A DNA stretch of 64,000 bases from Phoronis australis (lineage: Eukaryota > Animalia > Phoronida): assembly GCA_002633005.1 (NCBI GenBank), contig NMRA01000240.1, forward strand, positions 480,690-544,689, in the 5' to 3' direction. Position 1 is the stretch's first letter, and every line of letters begins with the position of its first letter. Below the pieces are notes generated by a model. The model made no database searches. It saw only the letters and a program-made list of their open reading frames with translations, and was not told where the DNA came from. This document shows, piece after piece, positions 37,081-50,800 of this stretch. The position numbers and the translations under genes are program-made.

Positions 37081-39296
37081 TATCTTCAGTTTGTTAGCTG
37101 TGAAATCTTGAGACCTAGAGATACCAGTTCGCAAGATGTGATAACAATTTTCTAGGTCATAAGCAGTATTCATATGTCACTAATGAGTTTGCTGTTTCAC
37201 CTAGAGGCTCCCAAAACATTTTAAAACGTAATTATGGGTCCTTCAACTTCAGCGCTTTTGTTTATAAAGCTGGCCATCTTTAAGCCTGTAAAATTAAACC
37301 GGTAGTCCAGAAGTTCGATCGATCAATATTTGAATGCACGGGAGAGCTGGGTGATTTCCCGGCATGGAAAAACTCTCTGCCAAATTTTCAGAATTTGAAG
37401 AGAACCCCAATAAGTTTTGGTGATATTTGCACGCGTCACGTGTTCGTATTTTTAAATCTTTAAGCCACTTTCTATCTTCGGCTAGCCTCCAGCGCTCAGT
37501 CGGCTTCATGCAAACTGAAAGTCGCGCATCTGCCTATATTGACTTCATCGTGATTTGGAAAGTCACTCGAGTTGGCTAACCTGATAGGCGTCGTATCACG
37601 AACTCAAAACCAGCACACTATGCGCAGATAACGATGATATTATAAATGTGTTGCCGATACCCAGCGGACATTAACATGAAATTAAGTAGAAGACAATTAT
37701 CGTGATGAGGAACCCGGCAATCTGTACCATTGATGGGATGACCAGCCTGCGTTGCTAAGTTGCTTGACGTCATTTCTATAACCAATCATCAATACATCGG
37801 CAGGGGGGGGGCGTCTAGTTTCATGGCAGGTAACATTCCGCTCCCTGAATACAGCAAGGCTTCTTCTCACTCTCTGGGGATTTTGTCGTATTCATCCACA
37901 ATAGTGTGCGTCCACGGCACTCGGTCTAAATATACGAGTCCACCTTTGCGAGTTGGGCAGCGTAGTGTATGCGCACTCGCGTGGTGAAGATCTAGTACTG
38001 AGAGCAAAGGCAAGCCGATTTTTACATTGTGCTCTGTGGGGTTTCTACAATACAATGCAGATTTCTCTGATGATAGAAAAACAACGCTTGGTAATAAATT
38101 TATGTCTCCAGTCCGTGAGTATAGTACTGGGTGGTTTAGACACAGAATTTACGACAGATTATCCATGACGTTAGTTTTTATCACCCAGTTCTGGACTTCT
38201 GTGGTCAGTCAATGCGTGACTGGGCTTGTAAATCACCGGATTACTAAAATCACCAGTATTTCACTAAAGGCCTTTTCATACTGGCTTAACTCCGTTCTGA
38301 GCGGAGCGTCGATAACCTGACGGGCTTCAGAAGTTAACGGACTTCGAAGTAATCGGTAGGTGACACTGTTGTCATAGGAGTAATCGCAAGGTAGCGCTGA
38401 ACAAGACAATTTGGGAACATTTACATAAAACTTATTTTTTTATTCGATTGGTGATTACTAGAACGAAATATAAGCAACTATTAACGACGGCACTACCCTG
38501 TAATTGTCGACGATAACAGTGACACCTGGCGATAATTTCGATGGGACTGAAGTTGACTGTTCTCATACCGTGCACCGCAGCGTCAATCCACCAGTTTACT
38601 GCGAAGTAAACTGGCGCTGTTAACTTCGATCCAGGACCGAAGATAAGCGTTCATACTGACAGCAACTATCCAAAACAGCGACGGAAAGGCCCTGAAATGA
38701 GCTCCAACATTGAGTAGACCTACATGTGGGTAGTTCTCCTCAGTGAAGAAAATGAATTTGGAATATTTTGAATGGTCTTAGAGCAACATTTTGGCAATTT
38801 AGTCTGTACCCCGAAAAATATAGGTTTAAACAGCTCTTACTCTTCCTATCACTTACATGAGAAACCCACGTGAATTGGTTTGTTTACTCTACCTAATTAC
38901 ATGTTCAAAATCGTGGATGGAACCATGGACTAGTGAATTTGCACTTATCAATATTTTGCATTAAGATTAATCTACCATTTGTGATTTTGATGCCAATCAC
39001 GTTTTACTGTTGCATTGTGAGTTGCTGTTCAGAGATGTCGTGTCGTTCTTCATTCGTCCGACTAAGCTCAAAAATGTGTTTCATGCGTTACAGTTTGAAT
39101 GCTGGGTCGATTATGGTAGGCCTATGTGTATTTCAACTCCGTAAAAGAGGAAAGCTCAACCGTTAAAGTGGAATTTCACTTGCGAAGATCACAAACAAAT
39201 TTCAATTAAAGGCATCTCGTCAGTTTCTGAGTGACGGTCAGAGTCTCGCAGTTTCTGTGTGACGCTCAAAGTTCGTTGAATGGAGGATTGCCGGCC

Positions 39297-39371
39297 GGGC
39301 CAGTGCGGGGCCAGCGCGGGGCCAGCGCGGGGCCAGCGCGGGGCCAGCGCGGGGCCAGCGCGGGGCCAGCG
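39297..39371. repeat. 11-bp GC-rich tandem repeat (GGGGCCAGCGC) x ~7
   Basis: Direct reading. Confidence 0.95.
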
Positions 39372-41732
39372 TGGTGTTATAAATAAGATTTCGCAGATTC
39401 TGGATTTATATAATGTCGCTATTAACTTCCCTCGATCAAGAATAAGAAAATGTTTTCATTTTCCAACATATTTGTTATTTCGTTACAGAAGGTTGGCAAA
39501 ACCTGGAATGCTTTGGCCATCAGGGATCTTTCCGATACCCAGGATTCATGTATTAATGAAACTTGGCTGGCAAAACTGTGTCATCTTTAGCTAGATTATC
39601 TACGTCAGCGCCATTTTATTTTTATCACTCTCACACCTGTACTTGGTTAAAGTCCAGAGCGACGCCCAGTGTTATCAGTCGCTTTACAGTGCAGTGCAGT
39701 GTTATCGGGACCTTCTTATGGCGATGTTGATGCCCACAAAATCATCTGTTTGGCGTTAAGGCAACTTGATTAGACAGTCATAGATTAAAAACTCCGTAGA
39801 ATATGCATATGCATATGTAAAATGCATAATGCAAAAATGACATTCACAAAGTATAGTTTGTGAGTTGCGGTTAAAGAGATAAATATCGTGTTGTTCCCTT
39901 CAGGCGTCACTTAGTATTATATTCTAAAAATAAAACTAACTTGTAGGCGTTGAGAATAGTTGTGTTAAATGTGTGATTAACGCACTCAATGCACGTTTGC
40001 AAATAATGCATTGAAGAATCATTGATCGCCAAGGGTGAAAACGATTAAACCATCCTCAGTCAATAATTATCAAATGTAATTCAATCAAAAAGATTGATGC
40101 GTGTGTTTGAAATGTGCATTTTAAAATATAAAATTGCTATTATGGAAGACATTCACGTGACTGCTTCATGTTTGGATACAAGACAAAGTAGTCCGACAAA
40201 GCGCAGCAATAGTAAGAGCAGCTGAAATTTTATACCACAAATTAATTTAGCTGTCCGAGCAAGAACGCCTTTGTATCCTGGTGGCGAGTTTTTTAAGGAA
40301 ACACAATTCCTGAGTAATATTGGCGCAGTGTCATGTTCCAAACCAATGAACAATGACGAAGTAAGTCTATCAATATTAATGAAAATATGATAAGAGAGGC
40401 TATGATATCAGTTGTCATTCGTTATATCTTATTCGTTTACATATCGTTCGTTAGTTCGTTTATCTGAAATAACATAAAGGTTGAGTCAAACAACACATAA
40501 CTGTGCAGACAATAACCGTACACTTGCGTTATGCAGTGTACCAGCACCGCTGTTTTTCATACGAACGAAGGGCTAGTGCAATACAGTACCTAGATACTAG
40601 AATTTTAAAACTGGTCAGTCAATTCAAAACCGCCCGCCAGAGCGAGCGTACAAAGTTACAAACAGCTATCAAATATACAGACAGATCGGACACTTTTGGG
40701 TCTTTTTACAGAAATATTACAAAGGTGCTAGCTGACATTTCGTGAGCGATTTTGTTCACTTAATGCTGCTGTACTCTCAGTCAATAAATCGTACATGTCC
40801 GTCTATCGTTATCTTATGTGAGTTTTTAAAGAATTTGAATTTTTACCGGTATAGCGTCGCCACCATGTCGGAAAAAGAACTGTAACCTACTTGAAAATAC
40901 ACTTAAACTCTCATTACGTTCTCGGAATGTGGACATCGACAGTGAATGGAACCTATTATATGGTTGGAAATTGCCCGGAAATTAGACTGCCGTGGGTTTT
41001 TGACCTCGTAAATATACAAACAGGTGATGCAAGCAGTACGCATGAGCACGGGTAGTCGATAAATTTCCAAGATTGTTCACCTTTTGCAGCAAGTGAAAAC
41101 GTCTCCAGTTTGCCATATCAACCAATTGATTCCTTGTGTGATCCTTTGCGCGGCGGGAATTTCCGAAGGCAGTCTTTCGGAAACGGGCAATTTTCCAAAA
41201 TGATTTACGTCAAAAACCCGCCGGAGGAGTGGGCTCTTTTTATGACTAAGTGCCAGTCGCCTTATGGAAACTGGAATTGAAGACAGCAACAACTTTATTC
41301 ATTGACGGGCTGTAGTTTGTTGTATGAGAGATGTTTCAGTTTGTTGACCTCTTGACTACTATGAACAAGTCCGACAACATCTTAGCTGACAAAATATGAA
41401 CTTTAATAATATTTCAACGGTAAAGTAACAAAAGTCGAAAAAAACAATATCATCTAGCTCAGAATATCCCCGTAACTATGTGTCAGACATGAAAAACAAT
41501 ATCATCTATCTCACAATATCCACGTAACTATGTGTCAGATATGAAAAACGATCTCAGAAGAGACTGCGGATTTGTTGCCCAAGGCAATCGCGCCTGGCAA
41601 TTGGAATGTGACCAAAGGAATAATACATAGAATTTCAAGACATTTTCCTATCAACGCTCTTGCTGTGGCGAAAAGGGAATGAAGTTTCGGAGATCGGGAT
41701 GATAGACTCCTTGTCTATGATACTGTTGTTAA

Positions 41733-43668
41733 AGGAGAATGCCACCCGATTTAATTAGTCTTTTTACCGTCTTAATCGGTCTATATCCACGTCACCTCGT
41801 ATGCGGTCGATCTTACCTCGCCGAGAGGTGTCGCGTTAATGTGTGAGGAAGATGAGAAACGACGCAGCGACGTCAGTGTTTCTTCTGCACTGAGAGTGAG
41901 TGCCGCTTGTGCAAACTATGAAGCTGCGAGGAAAGCGGGTATATCGTTTTTACGATTTCCTCGAGAGCCCATAATGCTTCGGAAGTGGCTTGCAGTAGTG
42001 AAGAATGAAAAGTAGGCCGTTAATACCAAGTATGAGGCCGTGAAGCTTCTCCGTGTCCGTCAGTGGCCTGCATTTCGTCGGATCGGTTGTTGATCGGTTT
42101 TTGATTATGGGGAATCGTAGTTGGCCATGAAAACATAAACAATTACAATTAATTCAAGGCGTGAGAACATAACGTTTTATATAACCTGTTTGATGACCGA
42201 CTCATTCGTGAGCCTTCTGTTTGGTCCTCTGGGTGTAGGATGTTTTTGCCAGTTCTTTTTCTGAGCCCTAAAAACGTCATAAACACACCTGTGTTTAGAT
42301 ACGTTGCAAAATCACAAAAGTCCGTAAAACACATATCAGCGCTTCTCCAAGAAGGCTTTTCTCTTGCGGAATTTCGTGGCAGCAAACGCAAGCGTCAGTC
42401 CGCGTTTCTTTTATCGTTCAGTTAGCTCACTGACACCAGGACAAGTCATTCAAACGGTTTTCGGAACTATCCATATGTTCCGTTGCCTGTGCACGTTCAC
42501 GGAGCTTCTCTATTATTTCTTGATTAGTGTATTCCGGTTCGACTTGATAGCCTGTGAAACTTAACGATCAACCTGTGAAGTCTTCGTCGGATGAGCACTC
42601 GTCCAAGTCGGTATTGCGAGTTGACGTTTATTGTGCGTTCTGCAGTTCAAAATGAAGTATTCTCACCCTACCTAATGCTTATATAAAACTGAAACTAAGG
42701 CTGTCTCATTAGACACAATTTGTAATGCTTTGGAGTGTTCGTGAGTGCAACTGTTTTGAGAAGCCAGCAATGAATAAATCACTGCGTTACCCGGCTTTAG
42801 ATGCAATAAACTAATTGACCGTGCACCGAAGCCGTGTGAGCGCATGCTGATTCAGTGTTTGCTGACAGAAAGCTGTTGTGAAACACAATAATTCCATTTT
42901 ATATCATATGGTGAGATGTTAGGGGAATCTTTATTTAGATATTCATATACATTATTCGAATCATTGTTCCTGTACAACTTTTACCCTGACGGTTCTGTGG
43001 AAGGATAACCTGACTTCGCGACCACCGACGAGCTAGTAAGTAGATTTGCAGTTTCGCAGCTAGTTCACGAAAATAATAACATGTGCATTTTTTTCTTTGG
43101 CTTACTAGCATTAGTTTAGTTTCCAACTTTGGTTGGTTTATGTTCGTGATGTCTTCAGTCCGGCCGCGATTGGCCTGATCGGGGTCCGAGCCACTGGCCA
43201 GGATAGCAAGCGTTTTGTGTGTTTAGAACTGAAAAAAATCGCGTCTAAAATTACAACACACATCTATTTTCTCTTTACTACATATGACGGACGAACAATT
43301 TGAATTTATCACAGAAAAAACCCCAACCGAACTTTGTAGGCTGCGGTATGTTCAAAAACTAAAAAATACATAACAGCGAAATAAATTAACACGTTTGTTC
43401 AACAACTCGGTGTATTTGTAAGGGTTTTACATCGAATTTTGATGATTTATTGGTGTAAAACGGTGCATTCAAGCGATAAGCTGACACCAGTAAGCGTGTT
43501 GTGAACTGCAGAACAGACTGCATTCGAACCTGTGACGTCATTGGTTAATTTCAATATCTTCGTCTGCCGTCAGGTGTCAGGTAAAAGAGCTGTACTTGCT
43601 GTTATTGATTGGAACTACTCGATATAAATTGATACAAACTGGGTCGTTTTTTCGGGTGGCATTCTCCT
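41733..43668. mobile_element. Kolobok-type DNA transposon relic
   Basis: Perfect 17-bp TIR AGGAGAATGCCACCCGA / TCGGGTGGCATTCTCCT, flanked by TTAA and TTAG. Plus-strand THAP relic ~41900-42080 (ACANYEAARKAGISFLRFPREPIMLRKWLAVVK...HF); convergent minus-strand relic ~42070-42390 (CFTDFCDFATYLNTGV...NRLYK...FHGQL) resembling the P2X7-tail-like Kolobok protein. Confidence 0.78.
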
Positions 43669-45167
43669 TTAGATTTTATTTTACACACTCCGCCACCCGT
43701 CACAAAATGAATACATGAGCACTCACGGTAATTCTTTATCTATTAACGCACAATATGGCGGGCAAGAGACATTTTATTCTGTCAAATTTATGAACAAAAA
43801 TACAGATTAAGAAAATTTCCTATTAGCTTGGCTTGAACTGATTATTGCTAGTAAGGTAACTAGCACTAAAAAATAGAAAAATGACAAGTTCGCAATTATT
43901 TTTGGGCGAAATATGTGAAAAATTACTGTACCTTCTGGCATGTTCACAGAATCCAAAATAATAAACACTTGGTGTTTTGAGCATTGAAAGGTTGTGATGA
44001 GCTTAAAGAAGGTGTCAAATTTTAATATCAAATTTAAATGTATAGTTAAACATTACGAGGACAAGCTTTAAAGCTTTTTGTCTACCTCCAACTCTGCAGC
44101 ACTGTGTTCCTTTTATTTGCAAGTCAGTCGCATTTTACGTCTCGCCTAATTAAGCCTGCATTTCTTGCTCCAATACTGTTTAAAAATATCAAATGTAAAT
44201 TGTTCTTATAATAATAGTTTCATCCAAGTTTGGAAGGTTTTGCCACCTATTCTAATATGTTGGAATTTGACACTTTTGACTAGATGCTGATGCCTTAGGT
44301 AATCTGTTTAGGGGTGATATTAATGTCTATCAAACAAAAATGTTTGTTGAAGATTGTGTGTAGCTATGTTTCTTAGAATATAATGAATGAATACGAAATG
44401 TCGCATTTATGATTAAAGTTTATCCGGACTGAGCTTGCAAGGACTAGTACAGTTTTGTAGATAGAGAGGGGAGGGTGAAGTGTAGCCCACATTTACATTG
44501 ATTTTGACACATAAAAACATTAAAGTAATAATTAGACTTACCTTGAAACAGCTTGTGTTGACTCGTGCGTCTCTACTGGAGTACATTGTCGTCTATCTTT
44601 CATTGGAGGAACGTGGTTATGTGAGTATCCGCGACAAATTGCTTTCTTATATATTAGCAGCAATGATATTTAATAATTGTTTTACGCATACCACGATACC
44701 ATGTTGGACAACCAACGCGGTTAGTTACGTATTCCCATAACAGTATAATTGCACTTGTTCGTTTTTTCTAGAGGGAGCAACAGGTTGGGGGTAATTCACT
44801 TAACAGGGATTAATCATCTACTCGAGGGCAAGTTCATAGGGGTGGCGATCGACCCATGACGTAAAGTTCATCGTGGTGCTCATCAATTCCCCCACATAGT
44901 TTGTCACCTTACGTTTCTTTGCCACGCCACTGTGGCCTTCGCTTTCGCCAAAATCCCACCCCCGTCATTATCAAATTTTCGCATTTGACCCAGTAAGTTT
45001 TTTTTCCTAGGCACCTGCCCCCAACTAAGTACATCAAAGGACCCTCCGTATTGCAAAAATAAATAGGCTTTGTCCGATTGAAGTGCGGTTTAGACAAATA
45101 ATCACCAATCTGATGAAGCACTTGATAGACGAAATCGCGCGTGAATGATGTCGCCGAAATAGACCGG

Positions 45168-45416
45168 GGGCCCGTTCCAAGAAACTGACTTAAGTTCATT
45201 TTTGACTTAAGTCTAAGATTTGTCTTAATTTCCATACTTTGAAACTTCCACATCTGGTGAAATAGTAAAAATTAAGAAAAAAACTTTTATCAAAAACTTA
45301 ATTCAAACTTAAAATCTCTTTCTTGAAATGGTCTCGAGACAAATTTAAGTTTTATCTTAAAATTTACTAAAACTTAAGATTTGTCTTAGCTAAGTCAGTT
45401 TTGTTGGAACGGTCCC
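45168..45416. mobile_element. PIF/Harbinger-like MITE inserted in the Academ left terminus
   Basis: TIRs GGGCCCGTTCCAAGAAACTGACTTA / TAAGTCAGTTTTGTTGGAACGGTCCC; 3-bp flanks CGG and CTG; internal CTTAAG repeats. Confidence 0.75.
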
Positions 45417-47253
45417 CTGGATCCCAGAGCTTTTTTGGGGATGAAAAGGTAACCAATTTCCTTTGGTGCCACAGTGTTCTATGGGTAGCCTGATGCTTGG
45501 AAATGACTGTCTGGCAGGTTCGCTCTGATGGGTGTGGTCAGGGGAGACAAGAGAATGACACTCAAAAATTGAGCTAGATCAACTTTTCTGGTAACCACTT
45601 CAAACTGCTTTGGATACCTACTACGTAATCCACTGTATCGAAATTGGACTCTGCCAGACAATTTCAGTGGTGGGGACTACCCGCCAGACGAACATATACA
45701 GGGTACAAAAATTGAGCTAGATCAATCCAAGAGGTAACCGCACGAAACCAATTGCAAAATATTTACCGTAGCCCCGGGTATCACGAATAAGCACTGCCAG
45801 ACACGTGGTGGGTTAGCCCCGCCAGACACGCCCAAATACCCGAGTTGAGGAAGATCAACCCAACAGGTAACCGTTTGATAACCAATTTACACGATGTTCA
45901 GAACGATGAAACAGCAAGATGGCAGGAGTAGAAACAAAATTCATTATAAGCCCATTTACGCTGAATAAGCACAAAGTTGAGGAACCAAGCACTTTTTACA
46001 TAAGGTGAGAGATTTTTGTCAGCAAGTTTACGTCAGGGCATGAAAAATCAAAAAAAAATGCGGCTGATCGGTTGGAGCGACCTCACACGTCTACGCAACA
46101 ACAACGGAATATACCGCATGATATATTCTAATTCACATTAAAAAACAGAACCTAAAAATCCGTCCCATTTTACCAGTCTAATCTACGTCCCCCTGTTTTC
46201 GGACGAACTTTTCATTCATTTGATGTAACTCTTACTACAACGAATAATCGAAATTGCGTCTTTTGTTTCCGTCTGCGCACCAACTACCGTCATTTCCGTT
46301 GTACACGTGCTGAAGCACGAGGAGCTATTTGACATGGGCGTTGAAAGCTGAAAACAATGGAGATTTCGGGAGATTCTTGACAATTATCGGTGAGTAGTTT
46401 TCCATATAATTGTTCATGAGTGTTGATTTCAAACTGGTGGATTACAATTAGAAAGCCTGTCTTAGGCCTACGCTATTTTCTTGGTAAATCGACCTTCACA
46501 TGTGCCCTGTGACCTGTACAGTGAAGATAAAAGGAATTGTTAATCAAAACGTGCGTTACTTAAGGGGGAAGCCACGCGCGGTAAGCACTACCAAAAAAGC
46601 GCAGGTATGCCATCTTTTGTGACAAACGGTTATTTTTCCTTCGAAAACTGTTGTTGACCCACTCGCGACATTCTAGAGGTTCCCGCGTCGCTATTATTTA
46701 TTCAGATACGTGCGTACGTACTTTAGATTCAAATACATGACGAAATGTTTGGCCCGACTTGGGTTTTTGCATATGATACCGACTGAATGTCTGTAGCATA
46801 GCTAATGCAAAATTTTCTGTTCATTGCCGGCATCCTGGTAATGGAATATTGGCCTGTAAATACAACGGAGGTCGGAGCGTAGTTGTCACAAATGACTACT
46901 CCTCTTTCTGTTAATTTGAATAACGAATCAACAAATGCTTGTTTTATATAATCCATAAATAATTTGTCACTACAGTAGGGAAAGGAATGAAAACGTCATT
47001 TTTGGGGCAATGTTTTAACTTTTCTGACAGCACTACGCGTAATTCCAGCTTCTTATCTTTAGGACAATTAACCCCCCACATTAAATAATGGATTCAGACG
47101 ATGCGAATGAACAGGATCCCGGACTGAAAGACTCGCCTGAAGCAGTACACTCACTATAAATAATCAGTAGGCAATGAACTTTTAGTTTTTACTATTTAAT
47201 GAAAGCTCTGTTCGTTTTGGCCGTCGTTTCGCTGGCTCCATATCGATGTTTTC

Positions 47254-47783
47254 GGGTCCCTGAGTTACCTCGTCCCTATATTCCGCAATGAATATTTTTT
47301 AGGCCCTATGTTTCTTAGCGCCGATCCTCTCCCGACCCTATATTCTCCCCCAAATCCTACGTTTTTCCAGTCCAGATGTCGCTATGTTCCCCTGCCCCCA
47401 TGTTCCCTCGCACGCACCCATTTTATGTATATCGGAAATCAATTCCTTGTGTTGATTACTTGATTTATAGATCTTGCGACTGAAAAGCGCTTGGATTCTG
47501 GCCAATCATAAGCATTATCAAGATGTGATTTTATTTACAAAGAAACTGGGTTGTCTGTCATTATCAATACATTGCTTTACTTGCTTTTCTGTAAGCAAAT
47601 GTTCCCTTTAAACACAGAAATTGAAATAACGTACACCGATACGTGGGAACAAGACCGGGTAATACAGGACCAGGGTAACGTCGGGATGGGGTAACGTGGG
47701 GACGGGGGAACATTGGGCAGCGGAATATTGGTTGGGGAACAGAGGGACGGGAATTGTAGTGACAAGGGAACAGTGGGCAGACC
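47254..47783. mobile_element. Non-autonomous element with inverted subterminal repeat clusters, inside the Academ element
   Basis: Left cluster of CCCTATRTTYC-like units and right cluster of the complement GGGAACA(G/T)(A/T)GGG; ends approximate. Confidence 0.5.
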
Positions 47784-47869
47784 ATGTTTCGTTCCTTAGG
47801 GCAAAATGACACTGACAAATCTATAAATAAGACAAAACAACTTAAACCAAATAAACGTTTTTCATTACA

Positions 47870-50800
47870 GGTTCTTGAAAGCGAAGGTAATGTATGCTGC
47901 TTCATGTGCCAAACATCAACCGGCGAGGACAGTAAGCTGAAAACTTTCAACGAAAACACTGAAGAACGTCACTAAAAAAATTAAAAAGTGACAAATACTC
48001 CCTTGTTACGCAAAGAATAGCGGAAGCTAGTGAAACAGAATTATATCTACGCTATCACCCATCGTGCCACAGAAAATACACTGCTGTTAAACGGCCAAGA
48101 TATGGACGGTCAGTTGACGACGCAACTCCTAGTAAAATGGCTTGTATTTTTACAAGACGTTGCAGTCCCCTCCCAAAGTCCGATGATAAGGGCATATTGA
48201 AAGGTTCTTGCATATTCTGTAGGAAAAGCCGAAAGGAGAAGAATGGGAAAGAGTAACCAAGGGTCAAGATCTTAACACTGTCTGGTTGCGACTCCCTCCA
48301 ACAAGCGAACAAATCATCTAGTAATGATCGGTTAAGAAGCCTGGTTTTCAGTGATGTTGACTTAATAGCAAGGGAAGCTGAATACCACAATTCCTGTCGA
48401 GCGCTCTTCACTAAAGAAACTTCTGGTCAAGAAAGTGGAAATTTAATGGATCTACACCACCAAGCATTTACGTAAACACGCAATTACATTTAAATTTAGG
48501 TTCTTGAAAACCGGCGGTCAATACTTCTCTCTACTTTGCTAGATTTGTACAAAGAAGAGTACGTAAGTAGTGGTGGGACAGAAGCTGATGACTCAGCATA
48601 CACAACTCAGAATCTCCTTAAGAAGATCAAAGACCAACTTGGAGACAGAATTCAAGTGAGATTGTCAAATTAACGGAAAGGCAACTTTATTTTCAGCTCG
48701 CTGTAACAGAAGAAGATGCATTAGTTCAGCAGCAAGGTGAAACTGAAGAAAACTACCAAAATGACAAACTGAGATGGGCTGCTCTTCATCTTCGGTCTCA
48801 GATCTTGCAACTGCCTAAGTCAAAGACACCTATTCCAACAACAGTGCAGAATTTGAAATCCTGTGCACCAAAGATACCGCAACAACTTGAACTGTTCTAC
48901 CGAACACTTCTCGGTGGTATTACAACATCAAACTCTCAAAGAGAATCCATTGACCGCAAAGTGACCGCAATGGCATCTGACGCCATTTACAACGTTACCC
49001 GTGGTAATGTGAGGCCGTGGAAGCCCACGTCCCTGGGACGTGGTCTGTCTTCGCAGATTCTTAACGGAGCAGGACATTCCATCGGCTACAAAGAAAGCAA
49101 ATGCCTTGAGACTGAGTTTGCGTATTCCATGGAGTCGTATAAACGCGAAGCACCGGATGGTATTCGACTCCTTCCAAATCTAGCCACTACCTCTGTTTGG
49201 GATAATAATGACGGTTTAAAAGCCTACGCTATACAAAAACCATTGTTTGATACGCTGCTGATAATGCTCGGCAATTTTCATACGGAACTGGCTTTGTATG
49301 GAGCTGTGGGAACCATGATAAATGGAAGTGGCAGAGAGTTCCTACTTTCAGAGACTGGTATCTTGGCAGAAGGGTCTATGATGGGCTTCATTAAAGGAAA
49401 ATTCTACAACAGGTGCACTCGGGTTCACGAGCTTCTTGCTAACGTTTTGGAAGGCAAGGTGTAATAAAAATTTCTGCATAACTTGGCTCCGGAGGAATAT
49501 GAATCGTTCCGTACGGTTATGACCGCAGTCCCTTCAGATCCTGAACAAATAGAGGCAAACCTTGATGATCCTGTGATCACTCAGCATCTCCAGAAGTATG
49601 AAGATTTCTTTCACACAGTGATTAATGACAAATATGGCAAAACTGCTCAGTTTTGGGCAACATACATCTTTCTCATAAACTGCGCGCTCAAAGAACTCCA
49701 GAGATGCGTCAAGACCAATGACGTCAGTGGTTATATCAACATTTTCCCGACTATGCTAGATGTATTCTTTGCCTTGAACCGCCCAAACTACGCCAGATGG
49801 GGAACGTTGTTTTACAAAAAAAAATTGAAATTTGCAGACCCACAATTGCGCGAAGTGCTGGAATACGGAGCGTTTCAGAGCGACGTACGAGAAACAACTT
49901 CAGTAGATCGGCTGCTTACCTCCCTTTGGAACAGTCCGTCAACAGGGATGGAGCATCGAGCATGACAGGGATAGTGGCTTTCCGCAACTCAGCGAAATGC
50001 AATGCGTCCGAGTCGATGGTCCCTCTCTATTACACAAAGGGCAATGGCTGTAACTGAACTTAGGACATTTGCAGGACATGAAATCGGGGAGAATGCAAAG
50101 AGTCAGTGCAGTCCTTCAAGAATCAAAAAAGATAACGAACAGATGGCATCACTCAGTGTCAAAATCGACAATTTCTGCAATCCGTTTGAGAACAATGCTC
50201 CACCGGGTGTGGTTAATATCGCAACTGGCCAAGCAGTATTCCAAGTAACGGAAGACTACCTGATCAATGCGCTGAGCCGAGGCCATGATGCGAGGGAAAA
50301 CTTCCTACAGGAATGGAAAAATGACAGCAACCAGTTAAACGTACAGCTGTCCAAAATTTCGCTGCTGAAAGCGTGAAGAATAAAGCCAAGTCATCGGCCT
50401 CCCAGAGAAACAAGACAGCCGTAGAGAGTCTAAGAGATTTGTTCATACGCATAGTCGTAGTTGTAACAGAGAGGGCAGACTTCGATCTTCGACAACGTCT
50501 CTCACATCCTGTCACACCTTATCCATTAGCACTTGCTCACTGCGATGGAGCGCTCGTGAAAACGGAAAAGTCTGGTTAGCTGAAAAAACTTGAATTGTTC
50601 CAGACAGAACCTATAACAGATGGAGAATTTCTACACGACTACATGGAGATTTTTGATGGCGGACTTCTTCTGCATTCATTCATCTCACAGACTAGAATAG
50701 GTGCAACTTACGGATCAGTTGCGCGATCTATGTTATCAGTAGTCTGTTCGGGGAGGGCAGAGGAAGCTGCTCACTTATGCCTAGACAAGTACGTAGAAAA

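Noticed and set aside
45110-45140. Hammerhead-like CTGATGA...CGAAA
   Set aside because: No stem II pairing and no flanking stems.
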